Origin: Planctomycetota bacterium
GTDB taxonomy: Bacteria > Planctomycetota > Planctomycetia > Pirellulales > Thermoguttaceae
Direction: 5' to 3'
NCBI GenBank assembly: GCA_029549885.1
Contig: JAKPII010000434.1
Span: 1 to 63,007, forward strand
Length of the DNA stretch: 63,007 nucleotides
A program made the position numbers and the translations under genes. Below the pieces are notes generated by a model, which did no database searches, was not told the DNA's origin, and saw only the letters and a list, made by a program, of their open reading frames with translations. This document shows, in pieces, positions 9,565 to 19,271 of the stretch (position 1 is its first letter; every line of letters begins with the position of its first letter).

Positions 9565-10989
9565 TCAGAAATAGAGGTCTCGTTCCTCTGTTTCGCGGAT
9601 ACGACGAAGCCGCTCGATGAGGGCCGTCTTGCGAGGGCCGTCGGGGAGTTTGGCCAACTCGTTTTCGATCAGTCGAACCCCAGTCTCGTAGGTTTCCCGA
9701 CTTGCGTAATCGACCAAATACTCCATGAGGGTGCTCAGGGCATTGGGCGTGCAAAACCGCTGGATAAATCCCGGGATGGCGTACTCCATGAAGTGTTCGC
9801 CGGTCCGTCCCAGACGATAACAAGCCGTGCAAAAACTGGGAATATAGCCATCGGTCATCAATTGCCGAATGACTTCATCCAGGGGCCGAAGATCGCCCAA
9901 CTCGAATTGCTCACGTTCCAAGACCTGGGCGTCTCCCACTTCCGTGTAACCTCCGACTTCGATGCGGCTTCCGGCGTCGATCTGCGAAACGCCGAACTCC
10001 ATGACGGCCCGGCGGAGTTCGGCCGGTTCGCGGGCCGTGAGAATCAGTCCGGTGTAGGGCACCGAAAGCCGTAACACGGCAATGAGCCGTTTGAAATCCT
10101 CGTCCGAGACGCGATAGGTCTCGTCCAAAGTGACCCCTGCCGCTCGTCGCAATCGGGGAAAACTGATCGTGTGCGGTCCCACATTGTAGTGCCGCTGAAG
10201 GTGCCAGGCGTGACTGACCAGTCCCAGGACCTCAAACCGCCAATCGAATAGCCCAAACAGGGCACCAATACCCACGTCATCACAACCGGCCTCCATGGCC
10301 CGGCTAAGGGCATCGAGCCGCCACAGATAATCCCCTTTGCGAGTATTTCGGGGATGAACCTTGGCATAGGTCTCGTGATGATATGTTTCCTGGAAGATTT
10401 GGTACGTCCCGATCCCCGCGGCCTTGACGGTGGCAAATCCCTCGTGGTCGAGAGGCGCCGCGTTGATGTTCACGCGGCGGATATTCGCCCGGGGCCGTTT
10501 GACCGCATAGACCCGCCGAACGCAATCCGCGATGAACTCTGGCGAATAACGGGGATGCTCACCAAAGACAAGGATCAACCTCTTATGGCCACGATCCAAG
10601 AGATGGCAGACCTGGCTTTCGATATCGTCGGGCGAAAGCGTCCTCCGCACCACATTCGGGTTGCTCCGCCGAAACGCGCAATATACGCAGTCATTGGTGC
10701 ATTCGCTGCCAATGTAAAGGGGGGCGAAAAGGACGATCCGATTACCGTAAACATCCCGCTTCAACCGGCGTGCGGCGTCAAAGACTTCCTCCCACAAGTC
10801 CGGCTGTTGAATGGTGAGCAGCTTGGCCGTCTCCGGTACCGTGAGCGGTTCCTTGCTCAAACTTTTGGCAATGATGTCACGGACTTCGCCCGCTTGAGCG
10901 GGTTGCTCTAGGAGGCTGAACAAATATGGCTCATCAATGAAATCCACCGCACTTTGACTCAGGCGGTGGGATCGTGTCACGTGCGACAT
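9565..10989 (-). CDS. hydG: [FeFe]-hydrogenase H-cluster radical SAM maturase HydG
   Basis: GNRIVLFAPLY, CTNDCVYC (radical SAM), FQETYH, GPHTISFPR, and a C-terminal CTACYR...C auxiliary cluster motif. Start set at the ATG after a GAGGT RBS. Confidence 0.9.
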   Translation of the reverse strand: MSHVTRSHRLSQSAVDFIDEPYLFSLLEQPAQAGEVRDIIAKSLSKEPLTVPETAKLLTIQQPDLWEEVFDAARRLKRDVYGNRIVLFAPLYIGSECTNDCVYCAFRRSNPNVVRRTLSPDDIESQVCHLLDRGHKRLILVFGEHPRYSPEFIADCVRRVYAVKRPRANIRRVNINAAPLDHEGFATVKAAGIGTYQIFQETYHHETYAKVHPRNTRKGDYLWRLDALSRAMEAGCDDVGIGALFGLFDWRFEVLGLVSHAWHLQRHYNVGPHTISFPRLRRAAGVTLDETYRVSDEDFKRLIAVLRLSVPYTGLILTAREPAELRRAVMEFGVSQIDAGSRIEVGGYTEVGDAQVLEREQFELGDLRPLDEVIRQLMTDGYIPSFCTACYRLGRTGEHFMEYAIPGFIQRFCTPNALSTLMEYLVDYASRETYETGVRLIENELAKLPDGPRKTALIERLRRIRETEERDLYF

Positions 10990-11082
10990 GTCGATACCTC
11001 GCAATGATTGTGGGGCAACTCCATCCTATGGGAGGCCAGGCTCAACGACGGCCCGACCAATTTCCTCTGGCAGAACGCATAG

Positions 11083-12192
11083 TCAATCCTTTGCCATCCG
11101 ATACCGATAATTGGGCGATGTCCCCGGACCACGTCCGACGACGCGTCCTAACGATTCCACACGCATCTGTAAACAGGCGTGACACTCGTCCGGCGTCTCC
11201 CGAAGACACGCCTTATTGGGGTAAATCTCGTAACGAATCCTGTATTGGGGTGGCGTCAAATTGGGCATGACAACATTCGCCCCGCGGACAAGTCCCAGCT
11301 CCCGTCCGTTCTTGCGATTGAGCGTGGCCAAGGCGGTTGTGCTGGGGATGTTCGCCCGCGGACAGAGAATCCGCGACAACGCGATCACCTTGTACGTCAT
11401 CAATTCGCTGGCAGGCACCTGCTCCCCGTCGGGAAGGATCCTGGCAAAGGCCGGATCGGCTAGGGGTGTCCGCGGGTGGACAATAAATGGCCCAACGCCG
11501 ATCATGTCCAAGTCCAATTCCCGGAATAGCCACAGATCGTTCGCCAATCCGGCATAGGTCTGTCCCGGTAGGCCGATCATGACGCCGCTGCCCACCTCAT
11601 AGCCCATCTCACGCAAGCGCTTGAGCAGGTAAAGCCGATCAACGGTGGAGCCCGGTTTGGGTGGGTGATAGCGCTGATACAACTCCGCTTGCGATGTCTC
11701 GAAACGGAGGAGGTACCGATCGGCCCCCGCCTGCCGCCACGCCCAAAGCTCTTCTTCGTCTCGTTCGCCCAAACTAAGGGTGATGGCAAGGCCCGTGGTC
11801 TCTTTGATTCGTCGCACAATCTCCCTGACGAAGTCGCGCGTCAGCCCCGGGTCTTCCCCGGCTTGCAGGACCACGGTGCCATAACCCAGCGCGGCTGCCT
11901 GTCGGGCACAGGCCAAAATCTCGTCCCCCGACATCCGGTACCGCACCAGCTCCGTATTGGGTGCCCGCAGGCCACAGTACGCGCATAACCGAACGCAATG
12001 ATTCGAAATCTCAATCAATCCCCGCAGGTGAACCTCCCCGCCGACGAACTCCTGACGAACCCTGTCGGCCCACTGCCAAAGCTGGGACAGCCTGGCTGGA
12101 TCCTCCTCCCGTAACCACGTGAGGAGTTCTTCGCGTGTTAGGGCAGGTTCTTTTACCGTGGTTCCAAACATAGGGGAGTTTTCCCCCTTCAT
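11083..12192 (-). CDS. hydE: [FeFe]-hydrogenase H-cluster radical SAM maturase HydE
   Basis: HLRGLIEISNHCVRLCAYC, RYLLRFET, NIPSTTAL, GANVVMPNLTP and YEIYPNK. Adjacent to hydG. The true start may be 12171. Confidence 0.88.
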   Translation of the reverse strand: MKGENSPMFGTTVKEPALTREELLTWLREEDPARLSQLWQWADRVRQEFVGGEVHLRGLIEISNHCVRLCAYCGLRAPNTELVRYRMSGDEILACARQAAALGYGTVVLQAGEDPGLTRDFVREIVRRIKETTGLAITLSLGERDEEELWAWRQAGADRYLLRFETSQAELYQRYHPPKPGSTVDRLYLLKRLREMGYEVGSGVMIGLPGQTYAGLANDLWLFRELDLDMIGVGPFIVHPRTPLADPAFARILPDGEQVPASELMTYKVIALSRILCPRANIPSTTALATLNRKNGRELGLVRGANVVMPNLTPPQYRIRYEIYPNKACLRETPDECHACLQMRVESLGRVVGRGPGTSPNYRYRMAKD

Positions 12193-12535
12193 TTACGCCG
12201 CATGGACAAGTTAGTCTTTTCTGCAAAATGGCTTCGAGTTCCGCGCCGCTTGGCAAATCTAGAGCGCCTTTTGAATTATACGACTCCCAGCCGAGAGAAG
12301 TGCTTCCTTGCCCTCTCCTCACCTTTCCGCCAAGGGCACAATCGTACGTCGCGCGGTGATCATTCTTCCCTTTTTTCTCAATGGCGGGTAACCTCAAAAA
12401 AGGGAGGTTCGTACGGTCTGCGCCCAATCCAAGACCGATTGCCACACACCGGCCCCGGAAGGATCGTTCTGACCTGCGAGCTGCCCGTGGTTACCTGATT
12501 GCGTCTTAGGGAACTACCCCAAGAGGGATTGATAT

Positions 12536-13843
12536 ATGCCGCGTCGAAATCTTCAAATCCTCGTTTTGGCCATTATTATCTGTCTTCTGTGTGCCTACCG
12601 GAGTTCGCGATACACCCGGGTTTTGACATACGCGTTGGAACAAATCCAATTTAAGGCCCTCGAACCACGATCGCCGCAGCAACTTACAGAAGGTGCCCTC
12701 CGCGGCATGGTTGGTGTCCTCGACCCGTATTCAAGCTATATCAGCGAGGAAGACCTACCCAAATTCGAAGAGGAACTCGACCGCCAGTTTGCCGGTATCG
12801 GCGTGGAAATCTTCCTCGACCCACAGAGCCAGCGGTTGTGCGTGGCCAGCCCCTTACCGAATACCCCGGCACAAAAAGCCGGGATCAAACCCGGCGATTG
12901 GATTGTGGCCATCGATGGACAGTCCACCGAGGGGATGACCCTTGAGGAGGCCGGGAAGAAGATGCGGGGTGAACCGGGGACCCAGGTCGTGCTTTCCGTA
13001 CAAACCCCGGGCGAAGAAAAACCCCACGAGGTGAAACTGACCCGCGAAATCATCCGCGCGGAAACAATCCTTGGCGATACCCGAAATCCCGACGGCACAT
13101 GGAATTACGTCCTCCAAAGCCATCCCGAGATCGGCTACGTTCGTATCTCGACCTTCGGAGAAGAAACGACCGCCCAACTGAAAAAAATCATCCTCGATTT
13201 GAAAAAGAAAAACATCCGCGGATTGATCCTGGACCTAAGGGACAATCCCGGGGGAAGGCTGGAAGAGGCCATTGCCATGTGTGATCTATTTATCGAGTCC
13301 GGCGTCATTGTGACGACGCGCTATCGGAATGGTCAAATCAAGCGACAATACACCGCCAGTGGGAAACCCGTTTGTCCCGACCTCCCGATGAGCGTCCTCA
13401 TTAACCATTACAGCGCCAGCGCCAGCGAAATCGTCGCCGCCTGTTTGCAGGATCATGGGCGAGCGACTATTGTTGGCGAGCGGTCGTTCGGCAAAGGGAC
13501 GGTGCAGGAGCTCATCCAACTTGAGGCAGGCCTCGGTATGCTGAAACTCACCACCGCGGCGTATTGGCGGCCCAGCGGCAAGCAGATTCACCGCTCCGCT
13601 AATGCAGGCGAAGACCAGGAATGGGGCGTCAGGCCGGACCCCGGCAAGGAGGTGAAACTAGATCGGGCGGAGCAAGATATGCTTGCGCGATATCGGGCAT
13701 TGCGCGATATTTACCTCCCGCCGGGGAGCCCTAAACCCGCCGGCTTCGACAGTATCCCGGCAGATTTTCGCGATCGCCAACTGGAAGTCGCCGTGGAATC
13801 AATTCTCAAGGGGCAAAAAACTTCAGCAAAATCGGCAGAATAA
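12536..13843 (+). CDS. ctpA: Carboxyl-terminal processing protease (S41, PDZ)
   Basis: LDPYS, FAGIGVEI (PDZ), LDLRDNPGG, SASASEIVA and SFGKGTVQ. Confidence 0.9.
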   Translation: MPRRNLQILVLAIIICLLCAYRSSRYTRVLTYALEQIQFKALEPRSPQQLTEGALRGMVGVLDPYSSYISEEDLPKFEEELDRQFAGIGVEIFLDPQSQRLCVASPLPNTPAQKAGIKPGDWIVAIDGQSTEGMTLEEAGKKMRGEPGTQVVLSVQTPGEEKPHEVKLTREIIRAETILGDTRNPDGTWNYVLQSHPEIGYVRISTFGEETTAQLKKIILDLKKKNIRGLILDLRDNPGGRLEEAIAMCDLFIESGVIVTTRYRNGQIKRQYTASGKPVCPDLPMSVLINHYSASASEIVAACLQDHGRATIVGERSFGKGTVQELIQLEAGLGMLKLTTAAYWRPSGKQIHRSANAGEDQEWGVRPDPGKEVKLDRAEQDMLARYRALRDIYLPPGSPKPAGFDSIPADFRDRQLEVAVESILKGQKTSAKSAE

Positions 13844-13921
13844 AACGGGGTTGCCTGACAGGGAAAAGTTGCGGATAAAAAGACTTTTGTGGAATAACAG
13901 CGAACGTGTCAAAGAGGTGAC

Positions 13922-15124
13922 GTGGCTGCACAGGTGAAGTCCCAAGAGTCAACATTATCGGAAAGTTGGGGAAATCGCACAAAGACCATTGCCGTCCTCG
14001 GCTCCACGGGGAGCATCGGCCGCAGCGCACTGGAAGTCATTTCCGCCTCCCAGGGGGCTTTGCGCGCCATCATTTTGGTTGCGCGATCAAACACACAACT
14101 GTTGCTGCAACAGGCCCAAGAGCAGAGGCCACGTTTGGTGATTGTCACTGATCCCAAGGCTGCGGCAGCGCACTCTTGGCGCGACTTGCCCCTGGAGACG
14201 GAATTGCGGGTGGGGTACGAGGCCGTCCTGGAGGCCGTTTCCGCGGACGATGTGGATATGGTCCTTTCGGCTTTTGTGGGAATCGCGGGGCTGAGGGCCA
14301 CCTGGGCCGCCTTGGAGGCCGGGAAAACTGTGGCCCTGGCCAACAAGGAAAGTCTGGTGGTGGCCGGGTCCCTCATCACGCAATTGGCCCGAAAGCGAAA
14401 GGCCCAAATCCTTCCCGTGGACAGTGAACATTCGGCGATCTTTCAGGCCCTCCACGGCGGCCAGGAACGAGAGGTACGGCGGATTATCTTGACGGCCAGC
14501 GGCGGGCCATTCCGCAGTCGAAAGCTCACCGAGCTGGCCTCCGTCACGGTGGAAGAGGCGCTGGCCCATCCCACTTGGAAAATGGGAAAAAAGATCACGG
14601 TAGATTCCGCCACACTGATGAATAAGGCCCTGGAGATCATTGAAGCCCGCTGGCTATTTGGGGTGGAGGCCGACCAAATCACGGTCGTTATCCATCCCCA
14701 ATCGATCGTCCATTCGATGGTCGAATTCGTGGATGGCTCGGTGATTGCCCAACTGAGTCCCCCCGATATGAGACTTCCCATCCAGTATGCGTTATACTTT
14801 CCTGAACGACGGCCCGGCATCGCCCGCAAAATCGACTGGGCGACGGCCATGGATTTGCGATTTGAGCCACCGGATTTGGAGCGATTTCCTGCCATTCGCT
14901 TGGGACTGGAGGCCGCTCGGATCGGGGGGACCGCCGGAGCCGTCCTGAATGCCGCCAATGAAGCCGCTGTAGAATGTTTTCTTCAGGGACGCCTGCGATT
15001 TGATCAGATTGTCCCGGTGTGTGCCAAGGTACTGGAAGCCCACCCCTTTGACCCATCCCCTGATCTTGACGCGATATTCGGTCTAGACGCCTGGGCCCGT
15101 AAGGAGGTTGAACGTTGGATATAA
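13922..15124 (+). CDS. dxr: 1-deoxy-D-xylulose 5-phosphate reductoisomerase
   Basis: LGSTGSIG, LANKESLV, LPVDSEHSAIFQ, HPTWKMGKKITVDSATLMNK and NAANEAAV. Confidence 0.97.
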   Translation: MAAQVKSQESTLSESWGNRTKTIAVLGSTGSIGRSALEVISASQGALRAIILVARSNTQLLLQQAQEQRPRLVIVTDPKAAAAHSWRDLPLETELRVGYEAVLEAVSADDVDMVLSAFVGIAGLRATWAALEAGKTVALANKESLVVAGSLITQLARKRKAQILPVDSEHSAIFQALHGGQEREVRRIILTASGGPFRSRKLTELASVTVEEALAHPTWKMGKKITVDSATLMNKALEIIEARWLFGVEADQITVVIHPQSIVHSMVEFVDGSVIAQLSPPDMRLPIQYALYFPERRPGIARKIDWATAMDLRFEPPDLERFPAIRLGLEAARIGGTAGAVLNAANEAAVECFLQGRLRFDQIVPVCAKVLEAHPFDPSPDLDAIFGLDAWARKEVERWI

Positions 15125-17325
15125 ACTCGCTCTTTTTTGCTTTCCTGGGTGGTGCCGCGTGGCTGTACGTGCTGATGGTGATCGTCGGCCTCGGGCTGAT
15201 CATCTTTGTCCACGAGTTAGGTCATTTTGTGGTGGCCAAGCTCTGTGGCGTCAAATGCGAGAAGTTTTATCTGGGATTCGATTTCTTCGGCCTGCGGCTT
15301 TTTCGTTTTCGCTGGGGCGAAACGGAATACGGAATTGGCATCATCCCACTTGGCGGTTACGTCAAGATGTTGGGGCAGGAAGATAACCCCGCCCGACTCC
15401 GCGAGGAATTTGAACGCGCCAAGGCCGCCGGTCAGGAAGGAGCCAAGTCCTCCACCGGCGAATCGTTGGCCAACATGGAAGAGGCCCTTTACAACCCAAG
15501 GAGCTACCTGGCCAAGAGTGTCCCCCAACGGATGGCCATCATTTCCGCAGGCGTGGCCATGAACCTTCTTTTTGCCTTCATCGCGGCGGTGCTGGCCTAT
15601 TTTATCGGGGTTCAAGAGATTCCCTGTGGTGTGGGCCAACTTGCGCCGGGAGAGGGGGCATGGCGGGCGGGGATTCTGCCGGGTGACAAGATCTTGGAGA
15701 TCAACGGTCAAAAGACCCACCGCTTCCAAGATCTCCAGCAGTCCATCTCGTTGGCGCGGCGGGGGCAAGTCGTCACCATGCGGATCGAACGACCCACCCC
15801 AAACGGTCTCAAGGTATTGGACCTAGAACTTATGCCCGACCGAATCCGCGTGGTGCCGACCATTGGCGTGACAAATCCACTGTTACCGATCCTGGCCGAG
15901 CCGCCGTGTTATCCGGGGAGCGCTGCCGCCGAAGTTATCACGAGCTTACCGCCAGGCGCCACGGTCAAGGCCATCCATGGCGAGCCCGTCACTGGCTTCG
16001 CCGACATTGCTCGATCCTGGGCCAAGTCCTGGGGTCAGCCCGTGGAGCTAACGCTCGAGAAAAAGGCTGCGAGCGGAACGCCTCTCGAGCCCCAGAAGGT
16101 TGTCCTCCAGCCAACGCCGGTTCGTGACTTAGGGTTGATTTTTAAGGTGGGACGGATTGTCGCGGTGCGGGCGGGCTCCCCGGCTGAGGTTGCAGGGGTC
16201 ATGGCGGGGGACGAATTGATGAGTCTTAACTGTCCCGAAAACGTGAACTGGAACGGCAACTTCATGCGGCTACCTTACGCCCTCCAAAAAGCCCTCCGCA
16301 ATCGGCCCGAGGGAATCCCTCTCCAACTCACGGTAAAGAGATCGAACGGCTCGGAGAAGGCAGGCGTCGCCTTGGTGGCCATGCGTTCGGCCACCGCCGC
16401 CGATAAAAACAGCTCCAACGAAGGCACTCCGCTGAAGCTTGACGTAGTGGCCAAAACCGCCGAGTTCTTCGCCGATCTCAATACGGGCGATAGTCCCTTC
16501 GAGATCCCTCAACTTGGCATTGCAGTAGAGATTCTGCCCCAGATTGAGGCGGTAGAACCGCATTCGCCGGCGGCGGCTGCCGGATTACAGCCGGGGGACG
16601 AGCTAATCAGCGTGACCGCCATCCCGCCCAACCTCGACCCCGAATCAAAGATCGGAGAGCTTGCCAGACACTTCTCCATGACGAAGTTTACCGTCCGCTT
16701 CGATCAACCGCGAGGTGAAGAAAAAGGCACCTGGCCCTTTTTCTTCCGGGAATTGCAGAGGATGCCGACGGGGACTGAGGTGGATCTCGTGGTACGACGT
16801 CCCCAGCCGGACCCTGCCCAGGAGTATCAGGAAGTAAAGGTCCATCTCGTTCCGCGCGTTGCGGATGATTGGTTCCTGGCCGAGCGCGACTTGCTTTTTG
16901 AAGCGATGACCTTCGACCTCAGGGCGGCAGGCTTGGGAGAAGCCATCACCATGGGGGCCGCAGAGACCTGGGCATCAGTGACCCTGATCTATCGCGTTTT
17001 GAACAGCCTGGGGAGAGGTGATGTCTCGCCCCGGGCTTTGGTCGGCCCTATCGGGTTGGTCCAGGCGGCCTATCGGGTGGCCTCGCAGGGCCTCGGTCGG
17101 TTTTTACTTTTCCTCACGCTGTTGAGTGCCAATTTGGCCGTTATCAATTTCCTGCCCATTCCGGTCCTCGACGGAGGGCACATGGCGTTTCTTATTTACG
17201 AGGGAATTCGCGGGAAGCCGCCGAGTGAAACCGTCTATGTCGGCCTATCCTATCTGGGATTGGCAATCATCCTGGGGATCATGCTCTGGGTCTTTGGCCT
17301 GGACCTGGGCTTCATCTCCCGCTAA
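15115..17325 (+). CDS. rseP: RIP metalloprotease RseP with multiple PDZ domains
   Basis: HELGH, GGYVKM and NFLPIPVLDGGH. Follows and overlaps dxr; the TTG start comes after AGGAGG. Confidence 0.9.
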   Translation: MDINSLFFAFLGGAAWLYVLMVIVGLGLIIFVHELGHFVVAKLCGVKCEKFYLGFDFFGLRLFRFRWGETEYGIGIIPLGGYVKMLGQEDNPARLREEFERAKAAGQEGAKSSTGESLANMEEALYNPRSYLAKSVPQRMAIISAGVAMNLLFAFIAAVLAYFIGVQEIPCGVGQLAPGEGAWRAGILPGDKILEINGQKTHRFQDLQQSISLARRGQVVTMRIERPTPNGLKVLDLELMPDRIRVVPTIGVTNPLLPILAEPPCYPGSAAAEVITSLPPGATVKAIHGEPVTGFADIARSWAKSWGQPVELTLEKKAASGTPLEPQKVVLQPTPVRDLGLIFKVGRIVAVRAGSPAEVAGVMAGDELMSLNCPENVNWNGNFMRLPYALQKALRNRPEGIPLQLTVKRSNGSEKAGVALVAMRSATAADKNSSNEGTPLKLDVVAKTAEFFADLNTGDSPFEIPQLGIAVEILPQIEAVEPHSPAAAAGLQPGDELISVTAIPPNLDPESKIGELARHFSMTKFTVRFDQPRGEEKGTWPFFFRELQRMPTGTEVDLVVRRPQPDPAQEYQEVKVHLVPRVADDWFLAERDLLFEAMTFDLRAAGLGEAITMGAAETWASVTLIYRVLNSLGRGDVSPRALVGPIGLVQAAYRVASQGLGRFLLFLTLLSANLAVINFLPIPVLDGGHMAFLIYEGIRGKPPSETVYVGLSYLGLAIILGIMLWVFGLDLGFISR

Positions 17326-17378
17326 GGGCCTCGCAGGCAATCGGGCTTGCCACGTCCAAATTGGAGTGATGGGAATTA

Positions 17379-18452
17379 ATGACAGACCTTGCGAGCTCCG
17401 CACCACGCTTGGTTGCCATTGGGATGGGATCGAACCTCGGTGATTCGTGGACGATCCTCCGCCAAGCGTGCAAGGCCCTCAGCGAGTTGCCGTGCACCCA
17501 GCTTCGCGCTACCAGCCGCATCAGACTTACCCAGCCCATTAGAGTGTCAGACCAAGGCTCGCCCTTTTTTAATGCAGTCGCGCTTCTGGAGACGGCCCTT
17601 CCTCCGCGGGAACTTTTGGATGGAATCATGGCGATCGAACAAAGGTTCGGTCGCGAACGCAATCGTCACTGGGCATCGCGGACACTTGACTTGGACATCC
17701 TCCTTGATGAGGCCGGCCCGTTCTACGACCAGCGGCTCCTGATTCCCCATCCGCGGTTGGGGTCACGGCTATTTTTTCTGGCCTCCTTGGAAGAGCTACT
17801 TCCCGACTGGCGACACCCTTGGTGCGGTTTGACCGTGCGGCAAATGGTTGAGATTCTTTCCACCCGGCCACCATATTGCGTGTTAATTTGGGAGACCTTT
17901 CTGCCCACCCATGCTGCATCAAGCTTGACGACCCACAGCGGCGAGATTCAGGCGGGCGAGGCAGACTGGGCGGCCCTATGGCAGGCGTGCGTGGCCGCGA
18001 ACAAGGTGTTTCAGGCAGGATGCCCACATCTCGAGGACTCGGGGGGATCAGTCTCGGCCGGTGTGCACCTTACCCACCCACCGGAAAGTTGCATATTTAA
18101 CGCGGAGGAGGTTCAACACCGCTTGGCGATGGGTCAATCGCTGGCGGAGATTGTGTCATTCGCTTGGTTGGAGCATCGCAAGCAGGATCATAATGGGCGA
18201 GACACTCCCCTGCCCCGCGTGATGATCCTCGGTCCCCGGGCAAAGGACCTGTTGTGGCCCGCTGGGGTAAACGCATCACACGAGCCGCTCGCGAGTCCCT
18301 CCTTCGAGTTGGCAAATCTTTCTTGGCTTCGGGATCAGGCCACACCTGTGGTGTTCTCCGAGGCGAATGATCCGCGAACTTGGGCGGAGCACATCATTGC
18401 GGCCATTGATGCTTCTGCCGAAATTGGGCACGTGTTGGGGGATTTGGGATAA
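17379..18452 (+). CDS. folK: 2-amino-4-hydroxy-6-hydroxymethyldihydropteridine diphosphokinase with C-terminal extension
   Basis: IGMGSNLGD, FFNAVA, RTLDLDIL and IPHPRL. Confidence 0.85.
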   Translation: MTDLASSAPRLVAIGMGSNLGDSWTILRQACKALSELPCTQLRATSRIRLTQPIRVSDQGSPFFNAVALLETALPPRELLDGIMAIEQRFGRERNRHWASRTLDLDILLDEAGPFYDQRLLIPHPRLGSRLFFLASLEELLPDWRHPWCGLTVRQMVEILSTRPPYCVLIWETFLPTHAASSLTTHSGEIQAGEADWAALWQACVAANKVFQAGCPHLEDSGGSVSAGVHLTHPPESCIFNAEEVQHRLAMGQSLAEIVSFAWLEHRKQDHNGRDTPLPRVMILGPRAKDLLWPAGVNASHEPLASPSFELANLSWLRDQATPVVFSEANDPRTWAEHIIAAIDASAEIGHVLGDLG

Positions 18453-18465
18453 GGGATGCTCCTAA

Positions 18466-18519
18466 GCCCAAAAAGCCCCCCTCTCCCGGAGGGACAGGGG
18501 GACTTTTTAGGATAGACCT
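18466..18519. mobile_element. Internally deleted remnant of the MITE family
   Basis: CCCAAAAAGCCCCCCTCTCCCGGAGGGACAGGGGGACTTTTTAGGATAG resembles fused MITE ends. Confidence 0.5.
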
Positions 18520-18609
18520 TTAGGGTGCCAGAGGTACGGTCTCCATGCCCAAATCACTTCCCCCTGGGAGAAGCGGTCTTCTTGAGCTTTGTGGATAGTT
18601 CTGTGAACG

Positions 18610-18735
18610 GGAGGGACGGCGTCCTCGCCGTCCTGTGTGCACCGGCGCTACGGACAAACCGGGCAACCACAGGGGGTTGCCCCTACGATTGCCGAGCCCA
18701 TTGAAACGCCGTAGGGGCAGGCCCCTGTGCCTGCC
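18610..18735. repeat. REP mosaic: GGGAGGGACGGCGTCCTCGCCGTCC hairpin, GTAG-REP pair and a 14-bp CRISPR-repeat fragment (18694-18707)
   Basis: GAGCCCATTGAAAC is identical to the 3' end of CRISPR repeat 1 and lies between REP 18661-18686 and REP 18711-18735. Confidence 0.7.
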
Positions 18736-18869
18736 GCAAAACGCAAACAGGGCCCGGGACCCTGCGAAATCCAAGTCCGATGCGATATGCGTGACATCCC
18801 GGGCGTGTGGGTGTTGCATCTACCGGGCTGGGCGCGTATATTGATTTCGTGAAGATTTGTGGTGGGGGC

Positions 18870-19027
18870 TTGCAACGCCATGGGCAGGGCGGTATTATGT
18901 GGGGCGAAGAGCGTGAAAAACTCGCAAAAAACTGACGATTTTGGGCCGCTTAAAGGCCGTTTGACGCGAGTTTTTTGGGGGTTATTTTGCCGTAAGATTA
19001 ATATCCGAAAACACTTACGGCACATAG
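18870..19027 (+). promoter_or_regulatory. Promoter and leader of the CRISPR mini-array
   Basis: TTGCAA(18870)-N17-TATTAT(18893). A/T-tract-rich leader with inverted repeats AAAAACTCGC/GCGAGTTTTT (18916-18975) and GCCGTAAG-N17-CTTACGGC (18989-19021), the latter ending 6 bp before repeat 1. Confidence 0.7.
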
Positions 19028-19128
19028 CCTGGAGTTCCGGGCGAATAGGAGCCCATTGAAACCTCTCCTCTTGCAAGACTTTGACCCATTCCACCTGGAG
19101 TTCCGGGCGAATAGGAGCCCATTGAAAG
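19028..19128 (+). CRISPR. Orphan CRISPR mini-array: two 35-bp repeats and one 31-bp spacer
   Basis: Repeat CCTGGAGTTCCGGGCGAATAGGAGCCCATTGAAA(C/G) at 19028-19062 and 19094-19128, 34/35 identical. It has a GGGC/GCCC stem and a canonical ATTGAAAC/G 3' end. Spacer is CTCTCCTCTTGCAAGACTTTGACCCATTCCA. A leader lies upstream. Confidence 0.8.
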
Positions 19129-19130
19129 GT

Positions 19131-19271
19131 GTAGGGGCAGGCCCCTGTGCCTGCCCCAAAACGGAAAAAGCGCCGCGTGTCGGCGCGGAATCAAAGCGAT
19201 TGGGGCGCCCGAGCAAACGCAAACCGCTAGCGCTACGGACAAACGGGGCAACCACAGGGGGTTGCTTCTAC
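19131..19271. repeat. Inverted GTAG-REP pair (REPIN-like unit) directly after CRISPR repeat 2
   Basis: REP at 19131-19156 and inverse REP at 19246-19271. The flanks GCGCTACGGACAAAC and CAAAACG are shared with the 18645-18745 copy. Confidence 0.75.

Noticed and set aside
9298-10074. 258-aa plus-strand ORF
   Set aside because: It reads through a MITE (LSQKVPLSLRERVG, also seen in ORFs at 19463, 24628 and 33842) and is antisense to hydG.
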